64,000 nucleotides of DNA from an uncultured Candidatus Rokubacteria bacterium (lineage in GTDB: Bacteria; Methylomirabilota; Methylomirabilia; Rokubacteriales; CSP1-6). A program made the translations under genes and the position numbers. The DNA lies in the NCBI GenBank assembly GCA_963789955.1, contig CAWBMV010000034.1, positions 704,001 through 768,000 on the forward strand, written 5' to 3'. This document shows, in pieces, positions 30,671 through 42,361 of the stretch; positions within the stretch are counted from its first letter, which is position 1; every line of letters starts with the position of its first letter. The notes under the pieces were generated by a model. The model searched no databases. It was not told the origin of the DNA and was given only the letters and a program-made list of their open reading frames with translations.

Positions 30671-32429
30671 ATGCTCGTGAAAATCCTTTGGTTGGGCCTG
30701 GCCCTGGCGGCGGCCGCGCTCGGCGCGGCGCCGGCCGGCGCGATCACGATCTACCCGATCGACCGGGCTCAGATCCTCGCCGGGTCGCGCTTCGATCTCA
30801 AGGTCGAGTTCGACGGCGTCGTCAAGGTGTCCGACACGAAAGTGACCATCGACGGCACGGAGCTCTCGGCGGCACTCGGCCGATCGGCCACGTTCGTGGA
30901 GCGCGAGAGCGGAGCGGCGGCGTCCGCTCTGCTCGTGCGCGATGTGTCGCTGACCAGACCCGGGCGGTACGCCATCGCCGTGAGCGACGGGAAGAGCTCG
31001 AAGACGGTGAGCTGGGAGGTGTACGCGACCGGACCCCGCAAGGCGCGTAACGTGATCCTCTTCATCGGCGACGGTATGGCGGGCGCACACCGAACGGCCG
31101 CGCGCATCCTGACGGCCGGCATCACCGAAGGGCGCTACCACGGCGGCCTGGCCATGGACGCGATGTCGAACATGGCGCTGCTGGGCACGGCCGGAGTCGA
31201 CTCGATCATCACCGACTCGGCGAACTCGGCCAGCGCCTACACGACCGGACACAAGTCGAGCGTGAACGCCCTCGGTGTCTATGCCGACCGTACGCCCGAC
31301 ACGCTCGACGATCCGAAGGTGGAGACCCTCACGAGCCTGATCAAGCGCACGCGCAGGATGGCGGTCGGCGTGGTCACGAATACCGAGGTGGAAGACGCCA
31401 CCCCGGCCGCGATGGTCGCCCACACGCGGCGGCGGAGCGACTACGACCCGATCGTCGGAATGTTCCACGAGAGCGGGGTCGACGTGCTGATGGGCGGCGG
31501 CGCCGCGCATTTCCTGCCGAAGTCGTCCCCGGGCTCCCGCCGGAAGGACGAGGTCGACTATATCGCCAAGTTTCGCGCGAGCGGCTACACGATCGCAACG
31601 AACGACCGCGAGATGAAATCGGCGACCGCCGATCCGGCGACACACAAGCTCCTGGGGCTGTTCCATCCCGGCAACATGGACGGCGTGCTCGACCGCAAAT
31701 TCCTCAAGCAGGGGACCGTCACGTCGTTCCCGGAGCAGCCCGATCTGGTCGATATGGTCAGGACGGCGCTCACGGTGCTGGCGCGGAACGACGACGGCTT
31801 CGTCCTGATGGTCGAGTCGGGGCTGATCGACAAGTACTCGCACCCGCTCGACTGGGAGCGCGCGGTCATGGACACGATCATGCTCGACCGCGCGGTCGCG
31901 GTCGCGAAGGAATTCGCCGGCGCGCGCGACGACACGCTCATTCTCGTGACGGCCGATCACACGCACGGGCTCTCGCTCATCGGCACCGTGGACGACACCG
32001 TCAAGAGCCAGGAGATGCGCGACAAGATCGGCGTGTACGAGAAAGCTGGATATCCGAACTATCCGCCGGCGAACGACGACGGCTATCCGACCCGCCTCGA
32101 CGTCTCCCGGCGCCTTGCGATCTTCTTCTCGGTCTTTCCCGATTACTACGAGACGTTCCGTCCCGAAGCTCGACGGGCCGTTCGTCCCGGCGGTGGCCGG
32201 ACCCGACAAATCCTACATCGCCAACGAGAAGTACAAGGACACGCCGGGTGCGGTCCTGCGCGTGGGCAACCTGCCGCACAACGCGCCTCAGGGCGTGCAC
32301 TCGGGCGAAGACGTGGTGCTGACGGCAACGGGGCCGGGCGCCGACCGCGTCCGTGGATTTCTCGACAATACCGAGGTGTTCCGAATCATCGTGGACGCGC
32401 TGGGTCTCGGGGCCGTGCCCGCGCAATGA
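30671..32429 (+). CDS. phoA: Alkaline phosphatase (PhoA family) with an extra N-terminal domain; frameshift near 32165
   Basis: FIGDGM, ITDSANSAS (Ser nucleophile), DATPA, ESGLIDKYSH, TADHTH, HSGEDV. Confidence 0.88.
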
Positions 32430-32872
32430 TTCGCCTGTCGCGCGCCGGCGCCGGGCTCGTGGCGCTGACCCTGCTGGCCTTCGGACTCGCCGAGGGCGGC
32501 GGAGAGCGACTTCGGTTCGCGGATCTCTATCAAGGATCCGGTGTGCTTGGCGTGAAGTTCTCCGATACCGCGTCGCGCCTCGTCGGCAAGCCCGTCGTCA
32601 TGCGAGGGTTTCTGGCACCCCCGCTGAAGGCCGAGGCCACGTTCTTCGTCCTGAGTCAGCGACCCGTCAGCGTGTGCCCGTTCTGTCAATCCGATGCGGA
32701 CTGGCCCCAGGACATCGTAGTCGTCTATCCGGGTTCGGGATCGGTCGCGTACCGCTCGGGGTCGGCACCGGTTGAAGTGAGCGGTGTCCTCGAGCTCGGC
32801 GCGAAGCTCGACTCGGCCACGGGCTTTCTCAGCCAGGTCCGTCTGGTCGACGCGACCGCGCGCCCGAAGTGA
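32426..32872 (+). CDS. DUF3299-like periplasmic protein with a CPFC motif
   Basis: GKPVVMRGFLAPPLKAEATFFVL...CPFCQSDADWP; ATGA overlap with the phoA stop. Confidence 0.65.
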   Translation: MIRLSRAGAGLVALTLLAFGLAEGGGERLRFADLYQGSGVLGVKFSDTASRLVGKPVVMRGFLAPPLKAEATFFVLSQRPVSVCPFCQSDADWPQDIVVVYPGSGSVAYRSGSAPVEVSGVLELGAKLDSATGFLSQVRLVDATARPK

Positions 32873-32878
32873 GCGACG

Positions 32879-33583
32879 ATGGGCGCGGCGCTTCACGCGC
32901 ACGACGTACGTCTCGCATACCCGATGCCCGGCGGAGGGCGTCGGCACGTCCTCGACCTGCCACGGTTCACGCTGGCCGCCGGCGCGCGCGTGGGAATCGC
33001 CGGGCCGTCGGGTTCGGGCAAGACGTCACTCCTGTACGTGTTGACCGGGATCGAGACGGCCGAGGCGGGCGAGATCTCGTGGGCGGGCCTCGACATCGGC
33101 CGCCTCGCCGAGAGCGCGCGCGATCGCTGGCGGCGGGCGACCGTGGGCTTCGTCTTCCAGGATTTTCACCTGCTCCCGGGAATGTCCGCGCTCGACAACG
33201 TCCTCGTCCCGACGACGTTCGCCTATGCGCGCAGGCCGCGGCCGCTTGTCCAGCGTGCGCGCGACCTGCTCGAGCGGGTCGGCCTGGAGCGGAGCGCCGC
33301 GCGTGTGGAGGTGTTGTCGCGCGGCGAGCAGCAGCGCGTCGCGTTCGCGCGGGCGCTCCTGTTCGCGCCTTCGGTTATCGTGGCCGATGAGCCGACGGCG
33401 AGTCTCGACGGGGAGAACGCCGCTCACCTCGGCGAGCTCTTGCTGTCGCTCTGTGCCGAGATCTCGAGCACACTCCTGGTGGTCAGCCACGATCGCCGGC
33501 TGCTCGAGCGGCTGGACACCGTGCATACCCTGGTGGACGGCCGCCTGGTCTCGCCGTCGCCGAAAGCGCTGACCGCCGCGTGA
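32879..33583 (+). CDS. ABC transporter ATP-binding protein (LolD/MacB-like)
   Basis: GPSGSGKT, LSRGEQQRV, VADEPTASLD, VSHD. Confidence 0.9.
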   Translation: MGAALHAHDVRLAYPMPGGGRRHVLDLPRFTLAAGARVGIAGPSGSGKTSLLYVLTGIETAEAGEISWAGLDIGRLAESARDRWRRATVGFVFQDFHLLPGMSALDNVLVPTTFAYARRPRPLVQRARDLLERVGLERSAARVEVLSRGEQQRVAFARALLFAPSVIVADEPTASLDGENAAHLGELLLSLCAEISSTLLVVSHDRRLLERLDTVHTLVDGRLVSPSPKALTAA

Positions 33584-34787
33584 TCAATCCACTGCCGGTC
33601 GTCGTCTCGGAGCTCCGGCGCTCGCGGGCCAGCACCATCGCGGCGATCGGGCTGGTCGCCGTCGCGGCGGCGCTGGGTGTGGCCGTGTCGGCGCAGGAGC
33701 GCGCGCTTCGCCAGGGCTCGGCACGCGCGGCCGATCCGTTCGATCTGCTGATCGGGCGTCGAGGAAGCCCCACCCAGCTCGTGCTGGCCAGCGTGTACCT
33801 GCAGCCCGACGCGCTGGATCTGGTCTCCGGAGATGCGCTCAAGCGTCTACAGGCCGAGCCCGGCGTCGTGCGCGTCGTGCCGCTGGTGTTCGGCGACTCC
33901 TATCGCGGCCGGCCGGTGGTCGGGACGAGCGCCGACTTCGTCACCGACGCCGGCCGGCGGCCTCTCGCCGAGGGGCGCGCGTTCACCATGATGCGAGAGG
34001 TCGTGGTGGGAGCCGACGTGCCCCTTCGTGTCGGCGAGTCGTTCGCGCCGAGTCACGGTCACATCGACGGCGAGGATCTGGTTCACGCAGGCTTCACCTA
34101 CGTCGTCGTCGGCCGCATGCCGTCTCTCGGCAGCCCCTGGGACCGGGCGATCGTGGCCCCCGATCGAGGCGCTGTGGCGCGTCCATGCGCGGCCGACGGG
34201 ACACCGCGACGGGTGTCGACCGGGTCGGGCCGCCGTGGGACGCCGACGATCTGACGGGCGTTTCCGCGATCGTCGTGACCCCGCGCTCGGTGGCCGACGC
34301 CTACCGGCTCCGCGCGAAGTACCGGGACGGCGACACGATGGCCGTCTTCCCGGGCGAGGTGCTCGTCGAGCTGTACGGAATGCTCGGTGACGCGCGGCGA
34401 CTCCTGTCGGTCTTCGCTCTGTTGACTCAGGCGCTCGTCATCGCCGCCGTGCTTCTGGCGGTGGTCGCCATCGAGGCGCAACGCCGTCGACAGCTCGGCA
34501 TCTTGAGAGCGTTAGGCGCCTCGCGCGCCTACGTCTTCTCCGCCATCTGGTTGCACGTGACCCTGCTGGTCGGCGTCGGGGCCGTGCTCGGATTGCTGCT
34601 CGGCTGGCTCGGCGCGTGGGGGATCTCGCGAGCGCTGGCGGCGCAGACCGGCCTCGCGCTGCCGGTCGGGATCGCGCCGCCTGAGCTGACGTTGGTCGGC
34701 GGGTTGATCGTGATCGGTGCCGCCTTCGCGCTTCTCCCGGCCTGGCGTTGCTATCGCCGCCCGGCATCGGCGCTGCTCAGGTCGTAG
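33580..34787 (+). CDS. FtsX/MacB-type ABC permease; frameshift near 34160
   Basis: GSPTQLVLASVY, LVFGDSYRG, RRRQLGILRALGASR, C-terminal TM helices. Confidence 0.82.
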
Positions 34788-34799
34788 AGCCATGCGAAC

Positions 34800-34826
34800 T
34801 TCACCGGGCCGACACACGCGCGCAAC
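34800..34826 (+). promoter_or_regulatory. Pho-box-like repeats upstream of phoD
   Basis: TTCAC 34800, GACAC 34811, GCAAC 34822 (11-bp period). Confidence 0.5.
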
Positions 34827-34871
34827 GAGCCGGACGTGATACTTTTCCGCAGGTCAACAGGAGGAGCGCCC

Positions 34872-36465
34872 ATGAACCGCCGGAAATTCCTCAGACAGTC
34901 CGCTCTCGCCGTCGGTGGCGCTCACGACCTCGTCTCTCATCCGGCGCCCGGTGTGGGCGCAGGGCACGGCGCCGGCGGTCGTGACGTCCGACAAGGCGCG
35001 TCCGGCGATTCCGTACGGCGTTCAGAGCGGTGACGTCCTGAGCGACCGGGCGATCGTGTGGAGCCGGACCGACCGGCCGGCGCGGCTGCTCGTCGAGTGG
35101 GCCACGAGCGACACGTTTCGCGATGCGACGCGGATCGTCGGCCCCGCGGCGCTGGCCGAGAGCGACTTCACGGCGCGCGTCGATCTGACCGGGCTGCCGC
35201 CGGGACAGCAGATCTTCTATCGCGTGCTGTTCGAGGATCTCGCGAGCCCGAAGGTGCTGAGCGCGCCGGTGACCGGCCGATTCCGGACGCCGGCGCCGAC
35301 CCGCCGCACGGTGACCTTCGCGTTCTCGGGCGACGAAGCCGGGCAGGGGTGGGGCATCAACACCGCCTGGGGCGGCATGAAGATGTACGAGGTCATGCGG
35401 CGCGACGAACCCGGACTTCTTCATCCACTCCGGCGACCAGATCTACGCCGACGGGCCGATCAAGGCCGAGGTCGCGCTCGACGACGGCTCGGTCTGGCGC
35501 AACGTGACGACCCCGGCCAAGGCCAAGGTGGCCGAGACGCTCGAGGAGTTCCGCGGCAACTTCGCCTACAACCTGCTCGACGACAACAAGCGCCGCTTCT
35601 GCGCCGAGGTCCCGATGCTCGTCCAGTGGGACGACCACGAGACGCGCAACAACTGGTATCCGGGCCAGACGCTCGGCGACGAGCGGTACCGCGTCCGCAG
35701 CGCGTCGCTCCTGGCCGCGTTCGCCAAGCGCGCCATGTTCGACTACAACCCGTTCCGCTTCGACCCGATCGATCCGGAGCGCATCTACCGGTCGTTCGCC
35801 CACGGTCCGTCGCTCGAGGTCTTCATGCTCGACGAGCGGAGCTATCGCGGGCCGAACTCGCCGAACCGTCAGACCGACGCTCGACGACGGAGGCCGCGTT
35901 CCTCGGCGCCGCGCAGCTGCGCTGGCTCAAGCAGGCGCTGCGCAGCCTCGCGGGCCACCTGGAAGGTGATCGCGAGCGACATGCCGATCAGCATCGTCGT
36001 CCCCGACCTGAACTCCGACGTGCCCAAGGGCACCTTCGAGGCGTGGGCCAACGACGATCACGGCGCGCCGCTCGGGCGCGAGCTCGAGCTCGCGAGCCTG
36101 TTCGGCTTCATCAAGCAGCAGCGCGATCAAGAACGTCGTGTGGGTGACCGCCGACGTCCACTACGCGTCGGCGACCTACTACGACCCGGGACGCGCGCAG
36201 TTCACCGACTTCACTCCGTTCTGGGAGTTCGTGGCCGGGCCGATCAACGCCGGCACCTTCGGCCCCGGCGAGATCGATCGCACGTTCGGCCCGGACATCA
36301 AGTACTCGTCGGCGCCGGATGGCGATGAAGCAGAACCGGCCGCCGACCGACGGGATGCAGTACTTCGGCCTGGCGAAGATCGACGGCGCGACCGAGATGC
36401 TGACCGTCTCCTTCAACGACCTGACCGGCAAGACGCTCTACCAGATCGACGTCAAGCCGGCCTAG
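34872..36465 (+). CDS. phoD: Alkaline phosphatase D family, Tat-exported; multiple frameshifts
   Basis: MNRRKFL Tat motif, GVQSGDV, GQGWGIN, QWDDHE..NNW, LDERSYR, TADVHY. Confidence 0.88.
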
Positions 36466-36483
36466 AGGGCGTCCACCGGACAC

Positions 36484-36867
36484 GTGCTCAGCGGTCGAGG
36501 GAAGTTCCAGAAGCGGCGCGTCGTCGACGGCGGCCTCGAGATTTCCACGTCGGGCTCGACCGACGACGAACGTCTGCGCGAGTGGATCAGCGAGTCCCAC
36601 GCCGTGCTGCCGAGGCTCCGGGCCCTGGTGCGCAACGGCGACGTCGCCCGGAGCCGCTGCGATCTCGTCGTGGAGGATCTGCGTCGCCGCGTCGAGGAGC
36701 TCGAGGAAGAGCTGGCGCGGCGGGTGGACGCCGCAAGGTCAGTCGCGGTCGCCGAGAGCCGTCGCGTCGCGGCTCGCCGCAGAACCTTCGCGCTCCCGTC
36801 ACGAAATCGCAACGCGCCGCGGCTACGGTTGGCGCGGACATGGTGGTCGATCGTTCGCCGGCCGTGA
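36484..36867 (+). CDS. Possible small coiled-coil hypothetical protein
   Basis: Fills the phoD-phnC gap; LRRRVEELEEELARR heptads; boundaries uncertain. Confidence 0.3.
   Translation: MLSGRGKFQKRRVVDGGLEISTSGSTDDERLREWISESHAVLPRLRALVRNGDVARSRCDLVVEDLRRRVEELEEELARRVDAARSVAVAESRRVAARRRTFALPSRNRNAPRLRLARTWWSIVRRP
36787..36829 (+). promoter_or_regulatory. Pho-box-like repeats and -10 element upstream of the phn operon
   Basis: TTCGC 36787, GTCAC 36798, GCAAC 36809; TACGGT at 36824, the same 15-bp offset as at phoA. Confidence 0.55.
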
Positions 36868-37668
36868 CGCTCGATGCCGTCGGCAAGGTCTTCGCGGGTA
36901 AAGCGGCGCCCGCCCTCGACGATCTCTCCGCCGTGATCGAGCCGGGGCAGTTCGTCGCGGTCATCGGCAAGTCCGGCGCCGGCAAGACGACCCTCCTGCG
37001 CTGCCTCTCGCGCGCCACGCTCGTCACGCGCGGCGCGATCCGCTTCGACCAGACCGATCTCGCGCGGCTCCGCGGCGCGGCTCTCCGCGCCCACCGGACG
37101 CGGGTCGGGATGATCTATCAACAGTTCAATCTCGTCCGGCGCCTGCCCGTCGTCGACAACGTGCTGATCGGACGCCTCGGCCGGCTCCGCGGCTGGGCGC
37201 GCTGGGCCGCGCTCGGGCATCACTTCGACCGCCATCAACGGGAGATCGCGTTTCGTTGCCTCGACCATGTCGGGCTCGCTCGACCGCGTCTGGCAGCGGA
37301 CCGACACGCTCTCCGGCGGCGAGCAGCAGCGCGTCGCGATCGCGAAGATCCTGGCGCAGGAGCCGACGGTCGTGCTGGCCGACGAGCCGGTGGCCAGCCT
37401 CGATCTCAGCAACGGCCGGCTGGTCATGCAGACCTTGCGTCGCGTGGCCTCGGCGGTCGGCATCACCGTCATCGCGACCCTCCACCACGTGGAGCTCGCG
37501 CGAAGCTACGCCGATCGGATCCTCGGCCTGAAGGGCGGTCGGCTCGTCTTCGACGGATCGCCCTCCCAGCTCACCGATGCGGCGCTGTTCGAGATCTTCG
37601 GTGAATTCGTGACCGAGCCGGCCGGACGAAGCGAGGGCGAGCGGCTCGGCGAGCTGGCGGCCTCATGA
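36840..37668 (+). CDS. phnC: Phosphonate ABC transporter ATP-binding protein; frameshift near 37275
   Basis: GKSGAGKTT, GMIYQQFNLV, LSGGEQQRV, LADEPVASLD. Confidence 0.9.
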
Positions 37669-38481
37669 GCACGGCCTTCACCTCGATCCACGCCGGGCCG
37701 GCGCCTGCCGGTTCCGGCGAGGCCGTCCGCCGTCGGCCGGACCATGCTCGCGACGATCACGTTGGCCGTCGTGTTCGGACTCGCGGCGCGCGTGGTCGAG
37801 CTGCGGCCGATCGAGCTCTTTCGCGACATCGGCAATATCGGCGTGTTCCTCCGCGGCTATCTCCATCCGTCGTTCGGTAACGTCGGCGAGTACGCGTGGC
37901 AATGCGTGGTCACCCTCTGCATCGCGCTCTGGGGCACCGTGCTGGCGCTCCTGGTCTCGGTGCCGCTCGGCCTGCTCGGCGCGCGCAATCTCAGCCCGCA
38001 CCCGCTGGTCTATTTCGCCGCGCGCCGGCTGATGGACGTGCTCCGCGCGGTGAACGAGTTCGTGTTCGCGCTCATGTTCGTCACCGCGGTCGGCCTCGGC
38101 CCATTCGCCGGCATGCTGGCGCTCGGTATCCACACCGGCGGAGTCCTCGGCAAGCTCCTGTCCGAAACGATCGAGTCGGTCGATCCGGGCCAGGTCGAAG
38201 GCGTCACCGCCGTCGGCGCCGGACGACTTCAAGTCATCGCCTTCGGCGTCGTGCCCCAGGTCCTGCCGAATTTTCTCTCGTACGTGCTGCTCCGGCTCGA
38301 GTCCGACATCCGCTCGGCGTCCGTCATCGGGATGGTCGGCGGCGGCGGCATCGGCTTCTATCTCTGGGACACGATCCGCTCGTTCAAGGACGGCGAGGCG
38401 GCGACGGTGATCCTGCTGATCGTGGCGATGGTGATGTGCATCGACGTCGTCTCCGCTCGCGTGCGGCGGGCGGCGATCTAG
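37665..38481 (+). CDS. phnE: Phosphonate ABC transporter permease; frameshift near the 5' end
   Basis: AVGLGPFAG, GKLLSETIES.DPG, DIRSASVIGMVGGGGIG. Confidence 0.9.
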
Positions 38482-38492
38482 GGAGGTCATTC

Positions 38493-39384
38493 ATGCGCCC
38501 ACTCCGAATCGTGCTCGCGGCGATGCTCACGGTGCTCGCGATGGTCGGCGCCGCGGCGCCACCGATCCGAGCTGGCCCAAGGAGGTCACGTTCGGCCTCT
38601 TGTCCACCGAGAACGCCGCCGAGATCACGCGCCGGTGGGCGCCGATCCTGGCCCAGCTCGAGAAGGACCTGGGAGTGAAGGTCAAGGCGGTGACCGCGAC
38701 GGATTACCGCGGCACCATCGAGGCGCTGAAGTTCAAGAAGGCCGAGCTCGGCCACCTCGGGCCCAAGGCGTACGTCGAAGCCTCGAACAACAACTACGCG
38801 AACGTCGAGCCGATCGCCCAGCTCCAGCTCGCGAACGGCTCGCTCGGCTATCGCTCGTGCCTGATCGTGCACGCCGACTCCGACATCTTCAGCCCCGAGG
38901 ACATGGCCGGCAAGACCTTCGCCTTCAACGACCCGAACTCGACCTCGGGCTATCTGGTGCCGTCGGCGTTCTTCATGATGGAGCTCGGCGTCGATCCCAA
39001 GAAGCACTTCTCGAAGGTCACGTTCTCCGGCTCGCACGAGGCGTCGATCCTGGCGGTGGCCGCGAAGAAGGTCGAGATCGCCTCGACCAATCTGCCGGAT
39101 CTCCAGCAGCTCACGCGGGAGAACAAGGTGCCGCGCGGCGCCCTGCGCGTGATCTGGGTCTCGAAGCTGATCCCGAACGACCCGATCGTCGTCCGCAAGG
39201 ACCTGCCGGCGAGCTTCAAGTCGGCCGATCGCAGGAGTCGCTGACGACGATGCGCGCGCGGAACCCGGAAGCGTTCAAGGACATCGGCGCGTGGCTCGGC
39301 GACTTCGTCGCGGCCGACGACAGCAAGTACCAGGTGATCCGCGACCTGAACGAGACCGCCAAGAAGCTCGCCGCGCAGAAGTAA
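38493..39384 (+). CDS. phnD: Phosphonate ABC transporter substrate-binding protein; frameshifts
   Basis: ATDYRGTIEAL, FNDPNSTSGYLVP, GSHEAS, IPNDP. Confidence 0.9.
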
Positions 39385-39830
39385 TGAGCCCGGCCGAGGC
39401 TCGGCGGCGGTGGATGGCGGTTCTGGCTCAGGCCTCGCCGGATGAGCTCGAGGGTCGCTGGCGCGACGTGGCCGCGCCGCCGCCGCATCGCATGCTGCGA
39501 CCGCCCGAGACCGGCCTCGTGATGGTCCGGGGCCGCGCGGGCGGCACGGGCGCGCGCTTCAACGTGGGCGAGATGACGGTGACCCGCTGCGCCGTCGAGC
39601 TCGAAGGCGGCGCCGTCGGGCGTGGCGTACGTCCGCGGGCGGGATCGGCGCCACGCCGAGCTGGCGGCGGTGCTCGACGCATTACTGCAGGATCCGGCGC
39701 GCCGCGAAGATCTCGAGCACTCGGTCGTCGCGCCGCTCGTCGCGGCCCGACCGCCCGCCGGCGGGCGGCCGCCGAGCGCGTCGCGCCATCGCGTGTCGAG
39801 TTCTTCACCTTGGTCCGCGGAGACGACTGA
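39384..39830 (+). CDS. phnG: C-P lyase subunit PhnG; frameshifts
   Basis: RRRWMAVLA, PETGLVMVRGR.GGTG.RFNVGEMTVTRC, VEFFTLVRGDD. Confidence 0.9.
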   Translation: MSPAEARRRWMAVLAQASPDELEGRWRDVAAPPPHRMLRPPETGLVMVRGRAGGTGARFNVGEMTVTRCAVELEGGAVGRGVRPRAGSAPRRAGGGARRITAGSGAPRRSRALGRRAARRGPTARRRAAAERVAPSRVEFFTLVRGDD

Positions 39831-39832
39831 CG

Positions 39833-40412
39833 ATGCTGCCCGGGCTCGCCGACCCGACGCTCGACAGCCAGCGGGTCTTCCGGAGCGTCCTCGAGGCCAT
39901 CTCGCGGCCCGGTCGGATCGTCGACGTGGCGGCCGCGATCCAGCCGCCCGTCCCGCTTCATCCGGCCACCGCCGCGGTGTGCTTGACCCTGCTCGATTTC
40001 GACACGCCGCTCTGGCTCGACGGCGCGGCCATGCGGCCCGAGGTCGTCGAGTGGCTGAAGTTTCACTGCGGCATGCCGCTCGCGGCCGAGCCAGAGGCGG
40101 CGGGCTTCGCGCTGGTCGCCGATGCCGAGCTCATGCCGCCGCTGAGCTCGTTCAACGCCGGGACCGCCGAGCATCCCGAGCGCTCCGCGACGGTCATCGT
40201 CCAGGTTCGGGCTCTGATCGGCGGCACGGGGCGGCAGCTGACCGGCCCTGGCATCGCGGGTGAGGTTCACCTCGATGTCACCGGCGTCCCCGAGAGCTTC
40301 TGGACGTGGGCGTCGAAGAACCATGCGCAGTTCCCGCGCGGCGTCGACGTCCTCATGAGCGCCGGACAGGTGATCGCCGCGTTGCCGCGCACCACCGCGT
40401 GGGGAGGACTGA
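39833..40412 (+). CDS. phnH: C-P lyase subunit PhnH; stop displaced by an indel
   Basis: SQRVFRSVLEAISRPG, LTLLDFDTPLWL, FHCG, LTGPGI, FPRGVD, ALPRTT. Confidence 0.9.
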
Positions 40413-40415
40413 GCC

Positions 40416-41532
40416 GTGTACGTGGCCGTCAAGGGCGGCGAGCGCGCGATCGCGAACGCGCACCGGCTCCTGGCCGAGGAGCGGCGCGGCGATCCGTCGG
40501 TGCCGGAGCTCAGCCTGATCCAGATCGACCAGCAGCTCGGCCTCGCGGTCGACCGCGTGATGATCGAGGGCTCGCTCTACGATCGCGAGCTCGCCGCGCT
40601 GGCCATCAAGCAGGCGCGCGGCGATCTGATCGAGGCGATCTTCCTGGTGCGCGCCTACCGGACGACCCTGCCGCGCTTCGGCGCGACGCCAGCCGATCGA
40701 CACGGACGCGCATGGCGATCCGCCGGCGCGTCTCGGCGACGTTCAAGGACGTTCCGGGCGGCCAGATTCTCGGCGCCGACCTTCGACTACACGCACCGGC
40801 TGCTCGATTTCGGTCTGGCCGACGCGCAGCGCTCGCCACCGCCGCGCGAGGCCGATTCCGCTGCGGCGATCCGGCCGGCGGACCTTGCCGCCCTCGGCGG
40901 ACGGATGCCGCGCGTCATCGACATTCTCGACCGCGACGGCCTGATCGAGCCCGAAGAGCCCGACACGGACCGCCGCGCCGTCGGCGATCTGACCCGCGAG
41001 CCGCTCGACTTTCCCGGCCGGCCGCGATCGTCGCGGCTGCAGAGCCTGGCGCGCGGCGGACGAGGGTTTCGTGCTGGCGCTCGGCTATTCGACCCAGCGC
41101 GGCTACGGCCGCAACCATCCCTTCGCCGGCGAGATCCGCGTGGGCGAGGTCGAGGTCGAGCTCGTGCCCGAAGAGCTCGGCTTCCCGATCACGATCGGCG
41201 AGATCACGGTCACCGAGTGCCAGATGGTGAACCAGTTCAAGGGCTCCGCGACGGCGCCGCCGCAGTTCACGCGCGGCTACGGGCTCGTGTTCGGCCACGC
41301 CGAGCGCAAGGCGATGACGATGGCGCTCGTGGACCGCGCGCTCCGCTGCCGCGAGCTGGGCGAGAGCCGACCTCGCCGGCGCAGGACGAGGAGTTCGTCC
41401 TCTACCACGGCGACAACGTCGAGGCCTCGGGCTTCGTCCAGCACCTGAAGCTGCCGCATTACGTCGATTTCCAGTCCGAGCTGGTGCTGATCCGCACGCT
41501 CGCGCGCCGAGGCGCGAGGCCCGGCGCGATGA
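40416..41532 (+). CDS. phnI: C-P lyase subunit PhnI; frameshifts
   Basis: MYVAVKGGERAI, YSTQRGYGRNHPFAGEIR, GFVQHLKLPHYVDFQSEL. Confidence 0.92.
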
Positions 41533-42361
41533 ACGGCTACAACTTCGCGTACCTCGACGAGCAGACGAAGCGGATGATCCGCCGGGCCATCCTGAAGGCG
41601 GTGGCGATCCCCGGCTACCAGGTGCCGTTCGGCAGCCGCGAGATGCCGCTGCTCGTACGGGTGGGGCACGGGCGGCGTGCAGGTCACCGCGAGCGTGATC
41701 GGACCCGACGACGTGCTCAAGGTGATCGACCAGGGCGCCGACGACACCACCAACGCCGTCAGCATCCGCCGATTCTTCGAGCGGACGACCGGCGTGCGGA
41801 CGACGACACGCACCGATGCGGCGACCCTGATCCAGACGCGCCACCGGATTCCCGAGACGCCGCTCGCCGAGGGCCAGATCGTCGTCTTCCAGGTGCCGAT
41901 CCCCGAGCCGCTGCGCTGGCTCGAGCCGCGCGAGACCGAGACGCGCAAGATGCACGCGCTCGAGGAGTACGGCGTCATGCACGTGCGGCTCTACGAGGAC
42001 ATCACGCGCCACGGTCACGTCGCGACCGCGCTACGACTATCCGGTGCTCGTCGAACGGCCGCTACATCATGCGGCCCTCGCCGATCCCGAAGTTCGACAA
42101 TCCCAAGCTCGACCGGTGTCCCGGCGCTCCTGCTGTTCGGCGCGGGCCGCGAGAAGCGCATCTACGCGGTGCCGCCGTTCACCTCGGTGCGGAGCCTCGA
42201 TTTCGAGGATCACCCGTTCACGATCGAGCGGTGGGACCAGACCTGCGCGCTCTGCGGCGGCGGCGGACGTCTTCATGGACGAGATCGTGGTCGACGACAA
42301 GGGCGGGCGGATGTTCGTCTGCTCCGACACCGATTTCTGCGAGCGCCGTCGTGGACGCTGA
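41529..42361 (+). CDS. phnJ: C-P lyase radical SAM subunit PhnJ; frameshifts
   Basis: YNFAYLDEQTKRMIRRA, YGWGTGG, IQTRHRIPE, CALC...FVCSDTDFC. Confidence 0.92.

Noticed and set aside
30671..32872. PhoA fused to the CPFC protein (733-aa ORF)
   Set aside because: Frameshift artefact: the true PhoA C-terminus (HSGEDV) is in another frame ending at 32429, and the next gene has its own ATG and signal peptide
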